Source: Octopus bimaculoides (taxonomy: Eukaryota). From it: a stretch of 37,539 nt of DNA. The notes beneath the pieces were generated by a model. It did no database searches and was not told the origin of the DNA. It saw only the letters and a list, made by a program, of their open reading frames with translations. The position numbers were made by a program, and so were the translations under genes. Location of the stretch: the NCBI RefSeq assembly GCF_001194135.2, contig NC_068993.1, positions 35,955,079-35,992,617 on the forward strand, given 5' to 3'. Position 1 is the stretch's first letter. Each line of letters begins with the position of its first letter. Positions 20,675 through 32,555 of the stretch are shown here, in pieces.

Positions 20675-21367
20675 NNNNNNNNNNNNNNNNNNNNNNNNNN
20701 NNNNNNNNNNNNNNNNNNNNNNNNNNNNNNNNNNNNNNNNNNNNNNNNNNNNNNNNNNNNNNNNNNNNNNNNNNNNNNNNNNNNNNNNNNNNNNNNNNNN
20801 NNNNNNNNNNNNNNNNNNNNNNNNNNNNNNNNNNNNNNNNNNNNNNNNNNNNNNNNNNNNNNNNNNNNNNNNNNNNNNNNNNNNNNNNNNNNNNNNNNNN
20901 NNNNNNNNNNNNNNNNNNNNNNNNNNNNNNNNNNNNNNNNNNNNNNNNNNNNNNNNNNNNNNNNNNNNNNNNNNNNNNNNNNNNNNNNNNNNNNNNNNNN
21001 NNNNNNNNNNNNNNNNNNNNNNNNNNNNNNNNNNNNNNNNNNNNNNNNNNNNNNNNNNNNNNNNNNNNNNNNNNNNNNNNNNNNNNNNNNNNNNNNNNNN
21101 NNNNNNNNNNNNNNNNNNNNNNNNNNNNNNNNNNNNNNNNNNNNNNNNNNNNNNNNNNNNNNNNNNNNNNNNNNNNNNNNNNNNNNNNNNNNNNNNNNNN
21201 NNNNNNNNNNNNNNNNNNNNNNNNNNNNNNNNNNNNNNNNNNNNNNNNNNNNNNNNNNNNNNNNNNNNNNNNNNNNNNNNNNNNNNNNNNNNNNNNNNNN
21301 NNNNNNNNNNNNNNNNNNNNNNNNNNNNNNNNNNNNNNNNNNNNNNNNNNNNNNNNNNNNNNNNNNN
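20675..21367. other. Assembly gap (N)
   Basis: Run of N. Confidence 1.
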
Positions 21368-21461
21368 CTGTTTTTTTAAGATACGCGTGGGTATACTAAA
21401 GATGCTACTATGCGTGTGTACTTCGTTAAGTAAATAATATATAATTGGATATGTTTTACCT

Positions 21462-21467
21462 GATAGA

Positions 21468-21508
<41 letters not shown>

Positions 21509-21794
21509 GGACGGACGGACGGACGGACAGACAGACAGATAGTTAGATAAACAAAGATTGATTGATCAATTGGTCGATTGATTGATCAATTGGTCGATTG
21601 ATTGATCAATTGGTCGATTGATTGATCAATTGGTCGATTGATTGAGTGATTGGTTGATTGACTGACTGACTGACTGACTGATTAATCGATCGACCGATCT
21701 TGATTTATCTGCATGAGGCATGCTATATATCTGGAAGGCAGCCCTGTGATACACGATTTGCGGCTCAATAGGAGATAGATAGATTGAGAGATAC

Positions 21795-21844
<50 letters not shown>

Positions 21845-21862
21845 GGACGGACGGACGGACGA
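21462..21862. repeat. Compound tetranucleotide array (GATA/GACA/GACG/GATT/GACT) with a 20-bp minisatellite
   Basis: GATTGATTGATCAATTGGTC x4.5 at 21556-21645 within GAYN tetramer runs. Confidence 0.95.
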
Positions 21863-22064
21863 GTTAGAAGGATCTTTTTTTTTAATGTTGTATTGCTAAA
21901 CCCTGAATTCTAGTACCTTTCATTGACTATAGCTAGTTGTATATCTGTGTATATATCTGTCTATTTATATGTATACATGTGTATATATGTTGCCAGTTAT
22001 TAGATATTTCTGTGTAGTTGCTTTTCTTAAGCTACTGAAAATGAAAACCTATCATCAAATGCGT

Positions 22065-22215
22065 ACCATCCTTGGTCGCTCCATTTATGCTAGGACTTAG
22101 TGTATCGAGGACTACATTGTTTAGTGTGTCTTTTTGTTCTTGACTCGCAAGAGTGCGATTTTAGAGTGGCTTTGACTGGTATTTTTAGCAGGTTCAACAA
22201 CCACTTGTAGGCTCC
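22065..22215 (-). mobile_element. Repeat family C copy
   Basis: Reverse complement contains ATGTAGTCCTCGATACACT, shared with 5378-5395. Confidence 0.6.
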
Positions 22216-22329
22216 TTGGTGGATATTTTGCAAGTATTGATTTATATAACATATTCTGTTTCTCTTATTCATATATGTATGTGTGTGTGTGTACGTGTGT
22301 GTGTGTACATAGTTATAGCTACATTGTGT

Positions 22330-22452
22330 TTTCGCGCGTGTGTATGTGTGTTATTTTGCGCGCGTGTGTGTGTTATTTTGCGTGCGTGTGTGTGTTATTT
22401 TGCGTGTGTGTGTTATTTTGCGTGCGTGTGTGTGTGTGTGTGTGTGTGTGTT
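22330..22452. repeat. TTATTTTGCG-(GT)n compound minisatellite
   Basis: Four TTATTTTGCG motifs separated by GT/GC runs of variable length. Confidence 0.9.
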
Positions 22453-23239
22453 CTACCATGTATAAACTATTGCGTGTATTGCGAGTGCGAAAGTGAGAGC
22501 GAGAGAAAGAGAGAGAAACACAATGTGTGTGTACCTGTTTCTATGCATGCACAAAAATTATTGATTTCTTTTTATATATAAAAAGAAGGCCGCAAATTTA
22601 TATACAAACATATATATAAGTAACTCGTGATGTTCATGGTTGTCTAGTTAATGCTATATATCATGGATAGCGAGCAGTGTTCCTTCTAATTTGTGTGCTT
22701 GTGTGCGCGCGCACATGTTTGGCCCTAGAAAGGCGAAATTGTTTGCACTCCAGGTTTTCACAATGAAATGAAATTTTTTTAATTGAAGACTGTTACTAAC
22801 AGGGATGCGCGTTCAACTGCAGAGACAGGCGAAACCTGCACACAATGCAAATTTCTGCGCACACTCGCAGCAAAAAAAATTATCGGGAGCATTGGTAGCA
22901 TGTATGTAAAACAAGAGACAAACTTCTGGTGAGAGGACATGGTTTTCTGGTTTCAGTCCGGATTCGATCGATGCAACTTCACTTAACTCGGTAATTTCTC
23001 TCCCCGTCCACCCACTGCCGGAAAAAGTATAAGCATCACGATATCCCAGTTCCCCTATATTGTTAAAATATAGGTCCTTAATTTTCTAGTCAATATATGA
23101 TGAACTTATTAGCACTGTGTTAAGTACGTAGAAAACAGATTCTGAGGTTTCTATTTCGATTCTCAGTTGTAGTCACTTGTTATCGCATATGGAACTGATG
23201 CACTTTTTATTTTCCTGAAACTTTTACCGTCTATAAATG

Positions 23240-24815
23240 TACTTTATTTCTTCCGAAAATGCGTGTCCAGAATCATTTAATTTCCTCTTCTTTTCCTCTG
23301 TATACATTTACTTGTAACATCAAAGAATTTTTCCATAATTTTGTCGATCTTGCATACCTCGATATTCGGATCAATAATCATTATTTATTGCTTAATTTTT
23401 TTTTAATTCTTGAAATACGGTGCCAAATTCTTTTCCCATTATTTCTTTCATTTGTTGTTCACTTCTCTTCTTTATCTGCGTGCTTAAAGAAGGTTGTGAT
23501 CAGCTAATTCCTCCAAATATGAATTAAGCACATCACGTACATTAGTATGATCTATTTCATAGAAATCAAGTTGTCTTCCAATGCTAGTTCTTCGATAATT
23601 TCTTCATGTTTTGCAAGGTTAGCGAAATCGTTAACGCAATGCGGTAAAATACGTTTTCAATTGGTTCCCATGTTGCTTGTTATCAGTTCTTCTAACGATT
23701 CAGGAATATTTCCAATGGCAACTTTAATATTAAATTGTTTCCAAAATTTTACAGATGAAATTCCATATTCTCTCGTAACTAAAGGTATATCGTATTTAGG
23801 GACAAAAATATTAATTTCACAGGTCACTATGTAAAATAGGGTGACTAAAGACATTTGACTAGAAATAGTAAAACTTTGGAGGTAGGATTACAGATTTTAC
23901 AATAATTTCACTATAGTCGGAAAAAAAATAGTTAAAACATGGTTGCCCATGATTTGATGTTTGAGCACCAAAGCACTGGTTGAGATCATTAGCTATAACT
24001 TTTAACAGTCCTGAGGTTCTGTGCGTGAATCACTAAGATGTGTTTTAATTTGAAGTTTTCTTTTAAATTTTCTCTCTCTTTTTAAATCCATTTTACATTC
24101 TTTCTTTTTTCTTTCTTACATAGAATGTTTTTTGAAGACATTCTTTTCCAGAATGGGTCTATTTCATCGACATGAAAATTTGTCTAATGTCTTCTGTCCT
24201 ATTCTTCGATTTTTTTCTTTTCCCTTTTTTTTCTTCCAAATAGCGTGACATTTTTGTGCTATATCATTCTCTGCATTTGCAATCCCCTCCCTATCATACG
24301 GGCATTGTTGTGAGTACCCGTTCCAATGTTGATCCTCCACTACTACCACCACAGCCACCACCTTCAACCCAACCAGAACAAGTCGTAAATGTTTCTTCAG
24401 CGTCAGCTGGAATCCTATTTTCTTTTTATTATATTTTTCTTAATTACAAAGAAAATACCTAAAAATTTCCATTTTATATCCATAGTGCTTAGAGGAATTC
24501 TAATTTGGTTGCAATATTCCAACCACAAAAACAACAGACACTCAATCTCAGTCATGATACTGCTTCTATTACGCATTCTCTGCTTATCTGATCTTAATAC
24601 GCCTTTATCTTTTTTATTTCCACTATCATCTATTTTTCTTTCATTTCTTCTTACTATCTCTTCATTCTTTCTATTTTGTCACCACATACGTATCTTTTAT
24701 ATAACCACGAAGTTGTTAACATCCAGATTTATTATTAACACCAGGAATTTTTTCATTCTTTTTTCCATAGTCATTAAGGGTAATTTACGTATTATAATAA
24801 CTTTATATCTTTCAT
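23240..24815 (-). pseudogene. pogo/Tigger-family transposase relic (CENP-B HTH plus DDE_1)
   Basis: Stitched minus frames: MTEIECLLFLWLEYCNQIRIPLS, FTTCSGWVE, QIF-VDEIDPFWKRMSS, FKLKHILVIHAQNLR, PVLWCSNIKSWAT, FWKQFNIKVAIGNIPESLEEL, WKRILPHCVNDF; many stops and frameshifts. Confidence 0.85.
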
Positions 24816-24819
24816 CTTT

Positions 24820-25195
24820 TATTTGTTTTAGCCTTTGAATTGTGACCATACTGGGGCATTGCCTTTAATGGTTTTAGTCGAAAAAATGGACCCCAGTATA
24901 ATTTTTTTCCTTTAAGTCTCATACTTATTCTATCGGGCTCTTTTGTTGAAACGTTAAGATACAAGGGTGCAAGCAAACCAACACCGGTTGTCAAACGCTG
25001 GGATGACAAACACAGATACAAAGATAGATAGACACAAACACACTCACTTACACATACATTTACACACACACTCACACACATACACGTTTGTATATATAAC
25101 GTGCTTCCACACAGTTTTCGTCAACCAGATTCATTCACAATGCATTGGTTGGTCTGGGGCGGTAGTAGGAGATATTTGCCCAAAGTTAGCGTATT
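24820..25195 (-). mobile_element. SINE family B with internal CA microsatellite
   Basis: GACCATACTGGGGCATTGCC...ACTTATTCTATCGG...(CA)n...CAGTTTTCGTCAACCAGATTCATTCACAA...GAGATATTTGCCCAAAG; the last part aligns to 13315-13410. Confidence 0.75.
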
Positions 25196-26049
25196 CTGCT
25201 GTGTGCGGATTAACATGAATATTACACAAAACACCCAACTCAAATAATGCAGCATTTATAAAACCAAAAGAGACTTAATGTTAATGAATGTGTGTTTGGC
25301 ATGAAGTGTAAGTTTCATACACATATTCAGTTGTTTAATTAAATCCAGAGAAAAGTTTAACGGCGGCATTTATTCTGTGATCCACAATGTTGTATATGCT
25401 ACTGACAAGATGGCGTCGGTACTAGGTAATGTTAAGAGGAAACCGGACCGTGCATGCTCACAATTACGACTACTACCAAGTTACCGAAGTTTATATTGTA
25501 TTATTACAACAAAACCATTTCGCACTATAGTAATCGAGATTGGGTCTATGTTATTCGTAATTTTGTATCAGCTTCTAAGTGATGTAAATTCTCACATGGT
25601 CTTCAAAGCCGTGTTAATCGGGAGTTGTTATATTTCTTTATATTTTCTAACACGATTCTTGATATGAAAACTTTTGTTGAAATAGATTTCATTATATATC
25701 ATGGTCATTCTGAATGCAATTCATTTATTTATTGTTAACTGAATTAGGTAATTAATTCACTTAGAAAGGGTCTGTGCATCCTTTGGAAGAATGGATCTTG
25801 CAGGCGTCGAAACCATAAAAATTACTAGATGACGAGTGTATTTTCGGTTGTTCTGTCTGCTATATACGTCCCTATCGCTTGTGCCTAAGTTCTAATAGAT
25901 TCAACCGCAGACTCACACAAACACACACAAACATAGACACACACAGACACTTACATCCATACATAATACACGCGCACGTGTGTGTGTGTGTGTGTGTAAT
26001 TTTTTCGATTATTCCTTTCAGTATAAAATCCCACGTATGTATTAACATA

Positions 26050-26240
26050 GTGTTGTTGATGTTGTTGTTGATTGAGCAAACCTTTGACCAAAATATTCCG
26101 TTAAAGCTCCTTTCTATTACCTGTGTCTGGCACATCGGTAGTTCTCTTCTACAACGGTTCGAGATAACCCAAATCTTGTCTTTTAAACTGGATATACAAA
26201 AGCTGTACAAAGGGCCGATATATTGTATTTTTAAGCGCTA
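26050..26240 (-). mobile_element. Repeat family C, degenerate copy
   Basis: GTTGTTGTTG tail followed by AAACCTTTGACCAAAATATTCCG; similarity to the other copies is weak. Confidence 0.4.
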
Positions 26241-27289
26241 GATCTAACCCGTCACACACTTTAACTCCACTCGTAGATACTTGAGTGTCTTTTATCAGAG
26301 TTTATTTTGCTACAGGCAGGTCCAGATAAGATGTTCTGTCTGAGAATAACTCAATGCACTGCCTCAGTTCATGATGCGTGGTTTCATTCTCACTTTCAGC
26401 CATACCAATCTCCTCGCCTCAGCAATGTAAGGTCATGAAAGTTTCCTCTCCTTCTCTAAACAAAATTTACCTAATGCTTTTATTATGAACATCCTAGGCA
26501 TCGAAACTACAAAACTCCTTAAACAGGCAGCTAATGACGGGTATACTTTCATCGTTTCAGTTGTCCCGCCTTCGTGAAATACAATAAAATATGTTATCAG
26601 AAAGGTTTTTACATCAAGAGCCTTGTGATATAAATACAACAAAAAGGAAAGAAAATATTGAACAATACTTCCGTTTTTATCTCATAAACATTTATAGTTT
26701 CTGTTCAGCGGATTCGGTTCGTTGGGTGCTTAACAATTGGTCTATATTCTAAGAGTTATGATCTAAAACCCAGTTTTAAAACTTCTAAAGCAAGTTGAAG
26801 GAATTTTTTCAGTCGCCTCATTTCTAGTTTCTTGCAACTAATTAATGCAGTTGTTTTCCACACAAGTTCACCCTACATTGTCAAAGTGGCCATTATCCTG
26901 CACACAAATATCAATTTACTTTCAATAACAGGAATTTGTATTATATTTCGATATATAATTTCATTTATTTTTTATATTTTTATGCATAGTCTTTGGTGCG
27001 TTATGTGTATGCATGTGCGTATGTATTGTAAGTGTATATATTTATGTGTATGTTTGTGTACATATTTGTATATATGTATGCGCGTGTGTGTGTGTATGCT
27101 TATTCGTTTCATTTATGTTTTTATTTATCTTTCTTGCTTTATAATCAATGTTTGTTCGTATTTTTAACGATGTTTGCTGTAGATTCGTTTGAAAAAAAGG
27201 GGTTTGCTTACAATATTTAAGTAATCGTATGCTTCGGGATAATAAAGAGGGGTGGAAGTTAAGGATGCTAGTGTGAGGGGCAGGGAGCA

Positions 27290-27388
27290 ATGTTTTATTT
27301 ATGTGTGTGTGTGTGTGTATGTATATATGTATTATGTATGTATACAGCGACTATATATATAAATGTATATATATATATATATATATAC

Positions 27389-27431
<43 letters not shown>

Positions 27432-27786
27432 TATATAAATATATATATATACATATAGCTATAAATGTATATGCTTACATACAAGTATAAATATATAGGC
27501 ATATATATGCATATACACACATATATATAATATATATTTGCATATANNNNNNNNNNTATATTTGTATAATTTACACATGCATACATATTATAATTATATA
27601 TGTGTGTGTATATATATATGTATGCATGTGTGTGTGAATGGATTTACGTATGTATGTATGTATGTATGTATTATGCGTCTATGTATGTATGTGTGTTTAG
27701 TTGTTTCGTTTCCTTCTTCAAAGAGACTTACATCCTTCTGCTCTCAACTCCTACTCCTCCTCATATACATGTACACACACATACGC

Positions 27787-27821
<35 letters not shown>

Positions 27822-27989
27822 CACGCACATGTCACAATCACACACTCGTTTCTATATTTGTAGAGCTTAAAGGATTTGCTCATCGTTGTTTCATTTTGCG
27901 TGCTCGCCTATGTGCATGTGTGTACATGTGTGTGTGTGTATGTGTGTGTGTGTGCATGTGTGTACATGTGTGTGTGTGTGTGTGTGTGC

Positions 27990-28028
<39 letters not shown>

Positions 28029-28030
28029 CC
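27290..28030. repeat. Compound TG/TA/CA/TATG microsatellite region including a 10-N gap (27547-27556)
   Basis: Alternating dinucleotide and tetranucleotide runs. Confidence 0.95.
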
Positions 28031-28084
28031 TAACAAATATATTGATCTTCAAATAAATAAGCTCAACTACATTCTCTAATGATG

Positions 28085-28302
28085 GCGATCCTGATCATGA
28101 TAATGATGATGATAACGATAATGATGGTGTTAGGGGTGGTGGTGGTGGTGCTGTGCTGGTGGTGGTGGTTGGTGGTGGTGGTGGTGGTGATGATGATGAA
28201 GACTGCTACGATCAGATTATCACGATGATGATGTTAGTATATATATATATATATATATATATGTTATAATATCAATCAACCCACCACTCCCATTACTTGT
28301 AA

Positions 28303-28385
<83 letters not shown>

Positions 28386-28790
28386 GCTGTTGTTGTTATT
28401 CTATCACTACCAACACCATCGATACCACTATTGGCATAGTTCTACTGCCGCCAGTCATCTTCTTGCTACAACCCTCATTACTACCATCCCACTATCACCA
28501 CCACCACTACTACCATCACAACCATTACCACTACCACAACAACTACCACTGCTGCCATCACCACTGTTCTATCAACACATCACCATCATCAATACTTCTA
28601 CCACCATCATCAACACCACTACACTCCCACCGCTACCTCCAACACCACTACCACCTACCTCTTCCATCACTATCACCACCACTACTACTGCCATTATCTG
28701 CACCACAACCACCACAACCACCGCCATCCCACCACTACCACTACCTCAATCACCACTATCACCGTCCCCCAAACTAGTACTACGACCATC
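28085..28790. repeat. Trinucleotide low-complexity region (GAT/GGT, TAG, TTG, CAC/ACT/CAT)
   Basis: (TAG)n 28303-28350, (TTG)n 28351-28385, then a degenerate ACC/ACT/ATC tract. Confidence 0.93.
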
Positions 28791-29234
28791 AACTATTCTT
28801 CTTCTACTAAATCCAAGTACAATATTTTATCGATTTGTCTTCCCTTCCATTCCATATTTCTGCTCGCAATATTTCTGCAAGGAATATTGGAAATATTCCT
28901 TGCAGCCTTTAGATTTCTTTGCCACTGTTTAAGACCAGAACTCCTACCAAGCCATTGTCAACGTTTTTAGTTCGAACTCTTTTGGCTCTTCATCGAACAA
29001 ACCAAGCAGTATTTAAGCTAAAAACAGCCGCTAAATCTACCTCAAATTGCACCACTCCCGACCACTTTGACACCTTCCTACAACCAGTGTTATACTGGGT
29101 CTAAATTTTAATTTTTCTTGTCCATTGAGGGAGTTTCAACGTGGTTGTACGATGTGTTAGAAATAGCAGACAAATATTCCTCAAATTACAGCCAGCCTTT
29201 TCGTGTTGAAGATTCTATTTTTAATTGTCCTTCG

Positions 29235-29400
29235 TATAGAAGGGGATTAGTCGATTGCATTGACCTCAATGCTCAACTGGTAATTATTTCATCCATCTCC
29301 GAAAGGTAGAAAAGCAAAGCTGACCTCGGCGGAAATTGAATTTAATGGCCAGAAGAAATGCCATTAAGCATTTTGTCCGACGATCAAATTATTTTGCTAG
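29235..29400 (-). mobile_element. SINE family A
   Basis: GGGGATTAGTCGATTGCATTGACC...GACCTCGGCGGAAATTGAA...CCATTAAGCATTTTG. Confidence 0.8.
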
Positions 29401-30564
29401 AGGTTTATTGTATACAGGGCTCAGGTGCACCACAACTTGTCAGAAATGAGCAAAACAGGGTACAGAATGCAACAATAAGTTAAGTCATGTGGCCAAAATG
29501 TACGTGCAGAGTAAAACAGAATGAAACACAAGACAGAAAAGTTAACGGTAAAAGAGTCTTAGGGAGGAAAGTATCCATAAGCACATCAGTAGTGTGAGCA
29601 AATTTCCTGAAGCAAGGAAATTCTGAAGGATGCAGTTTCCTGATAGTTAACAGCTTATACAGGAGATTTATTCCATACATTGACAATTCTCAGCGTGAAA
29701 AAAAATTCCCTATGTCATGGATGCTACACTGTTTTGTTTTGTTTTTTTTTGTTTTTTTTTGTTTTTTTGTTTTTTTTATAATATTGTCCCAAAAGTGGTA
29801 GAAGTATTGAATTCGAAAAGGTAGTCAAAATTATTGTTGGAAAGATAGTAGACAATCTTGTTGGCTTCTACCAAGTGAGCGCCCAGGCGGAGGAATTTTA
29901 GGATGTCGATGCCCAAAGAAGAAATACGTTCAAGATATGATGAATAACGGAGAGTATTGCCATGATGCGCGTCCCCGAACAGCTTCATTAGATCGATATT
30001 CTGGACAAGATGGGATGGCAAGATGATGTTCGAGACTGGATGTGCAAATTGAGTGAATGTACCATGGCTTATGTACCTTTAAACAGATAGCCAGGGAGTA
30101 TTCTCAAATACTCTAATTTCTCCCTGTTCTCATAGTACAATCCATTTTTTAATAAGTGAAATTTTTGTTGTGACTGTTTTTGATTATTTCTGCATTATAA
30201 TTACTTTTATGGGTTTCTTACTTAATTTGTTTAATCATGGCAGCTTGGGCAAGTGTCATATCACATTGCATCGAGCAGCATTAGTAGACGCGAAGTGTGT
30301 GGGAAAATGTAGTATAGTATATATGTGCATGCTGCATTTATGTGGGGGGGGTGTATATATTCAAAATGAACAGGAAAACGATTAACACAAAAGAACAAAG
30401 GATAAATAAACATGGAAATTCACTCATCAGCCACAGAGTCCAAACTCAAAGTAGTTTCTATGCATTTAGAGTCCGAACTCTTTAAATTCCGGAGAACTAC
30501 TTACCTGATTGCATAAGCGATATAGGGAATATCACTTAGGTGAGATATATTATAATTATGTATG

Positions 30565-30598
<34 letters not shown>

Positions 30599-30714
30599 TG
30601 TGCGTGTGTGTGTGTGTGTATGCATGTATGTATTAGCGTAGCATAGTTTGAGCGAATATTAGGTGATACCGACAGTTAAAACGGTTCAAAAGCTAATACA
30701 GTACAAGCTGAAAT

Positions 30715-30905
30715 GAGAGAGTGAAGACAGAAATGAAGGTAAAAAGACAACAATAGTTTACCTTTATATTTTGATATATCGAGGATAATACCCATGTGTC
30801 TCTTGACAAAGAGTTATTAACCCGAAATATCAAAATATAAAGTAAGGTGTAAAAAAATATCGCATATGTTGTTCTGTTCCTTTTACTTCTTTTGTCGCTT
30901 CCATT
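30715..30905. repeat. Inverted repeat / fold-back (Penelope-like remnant, tentative)
   Basis: Perfect 16-bp arms CTTTATATTTTGATAT (30762-30777) and ATATCAAAATATAAAG (30827-30842), with imperfect extension inward and outward. Confidence 0.75.
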
Positions 30906-31149
30906 TTTGTTGTATTAGCTTTTTAAAAACTTAACTTTATATGCGTAAGCATGCATTTTTATCTTATGTTGTACTATTATACATCTATCCGTCTTTGAAA
31001 GGTCTTAGTACCGAGAGTAAAGGTTAATAACTATTAATTAAGCCTTGTACATTTCTAAAGAAAGATAGAACCCATTTCACACCGCTACGGGGGCGATTCG
31101 GAAGAAGAGGAGACAGAGAAAGAGAAATAGAGTGAAAAGAATCGTGGTC

Positions 31150-31235
31150 TCAGTACTGGATGTTAGTCATCTATCCCAGAAAAAAAAGGAAACGTGAGTT
31201 GACCTCGGCGAGATTTGAGCTCAGGGAGCAGACGT
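31150..31235 (-). mobile_element. SINE family A fragment
   Basis: TTGACCTCGGCGAGATTTGAGCTCAG is the reverse complement of the B-box region. Confidence 0.6.
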
Positions 31236-31329
31236 TAAGAGGAAATATGTGAATGTATGTGTTCACATGTGTATATGCACGTATACATATATGCATATAC
31301 ATATGTATGTATATAAACACATATAATCG

Positions 31330-31405
31330 ATATAATCAATTCAACCCCGAGAATGTGCCACAGCATGGCCACAGTCCAATTCCTGAAGGCAACAAAAAAA
31401 TAAAA
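31330..31405 (+). mobile_element. SINE family B 3' tail
   Basis: CAGCATGGCCACAGTCCAAT...AAAA is the reverse complement of the tail seen at 24835-24860 and 35760-35782. Confidence 0.55.
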
Positions 31406-31919
31406 TAACAATTCTGCCAATTGCTAGTCTTCTTTCCGTTCCTTAAAAATTGTACATTGTGCGTGTGTATGAAACATAGAGAAAGAGTATACGAACGTGA
31501 GATATGTGTGTATGTGTATATGTATGTTTGTGTGCGTGTCATGTGAATGAGTGACGTGTATGTGCGTATGTGTGTGTCTGAGTGTGTTTCTTTGCGCTCG
31601 TCTCTATGTAATTTTAATATTAGTTTAATATAAATTCCAGAATATGTTGTGCGTGTATATGAGAGATAGTGCGTGCGTGTATGTTTTTGTGCGTGTGCGT
31701 GTGTGCGTGTATGTGAGGGAGAGAGTTTGTTTGTGTCTTGTGTTTTGAGTTTTAGTTTTGTTATTGCTTTTTAATTTTTTGTTTCTGTTTTAGTTTTCTT
31801 TGCTGGAGTTGATGGGGAGTAATGTTGATCTATGTACTTGTAAATTTTATTTCTTTTATTATTTTTCTTAGGGATGTTTTCCTTTTGCAATTTCAGTCAA
31901 ACTTCTGCACTCCCTTTTC

Positions 31920-32046
31920 CCCCTCTCTCTTCCCCCTCTCTCTCTCTCTCTTTCTGTCTCTGTCTCTCGCCCTTTCTCTCTCTCTTTCTCTTTTCCTCTC
32001 ACTTTGATCATTGAGAACTATATCTTCTTTCTTCTTCTTCATTATC

Positions 32047-32094
<48 letters not shown>

Positions 32095-32116
32095 TTCTCT
32101 CNNNNNNNNNNCTCTA

Positions 32117-32164
<48 letters not shown>

Positions 32165-32165
32165 C
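31920..32165. repeat. (CT)n-rich microsatellite including a 10-N gap (32102-32111)
   Basis: CT/CTTT runs. Confidence 0.95.
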
Positions 32166-32555
32166 CACTTTCACTCCTTGCTTTCTCCCGTAAGTACATG
32201 TCCATATATATACGTGTGTGTGTGTGTCTGTGTGTGTGTATACATATTTATATACATATTTAGATATATATACCACTCGCGGTTGTGCTCGCGCACGTGT
32301 TTTGTTTCTGGCTTCCTATTAGAATTATCCCATCATCCTCTCTACAGTAGTTGTCATCAATAACTGTTGCATCTCCTAAGCTCTTGTGCCAGCACAGATC
32401 CTTTCTACCAATTCTGTCATCACGTTCTTACAGCCATTACTTAATGAAAATGGATCTTTTCACTTGTTCTTTTTCACTAACCATTATTGATTCTTTCAAT
32501 GATTAGATAGATAGATAGAGAGAGAGGGGGGAGAGAGAGAGGGGGAGAGAGAGAG

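Noticed and set aside
21381-21429. 49-nt exon candidate DTRGYTKDATMRVYFV
   Set aside because: Abuts an N gap so the acceptor context is unknown; too short to evaluate.
22330-22452. CRISPR-like repeat/spacer look (also 21556-21645)
   Set aside because: Spacers are GT microsatellite or absent, repeats are too short, the context is eukaryotic and there are no cas genes.
28351-28932. 193-aa Pro/Thr/His-rich ORF and other poly-I/N/C/H ORFs
   Set aside because: Translations of trinucleotide and dinucleotide repeats.
30497-30507. TACTTACCTG matching the U1 snRNA 5' end
   Set aside because: No U1 body follows; it is simply the reverse complement of a consensus splice donor.
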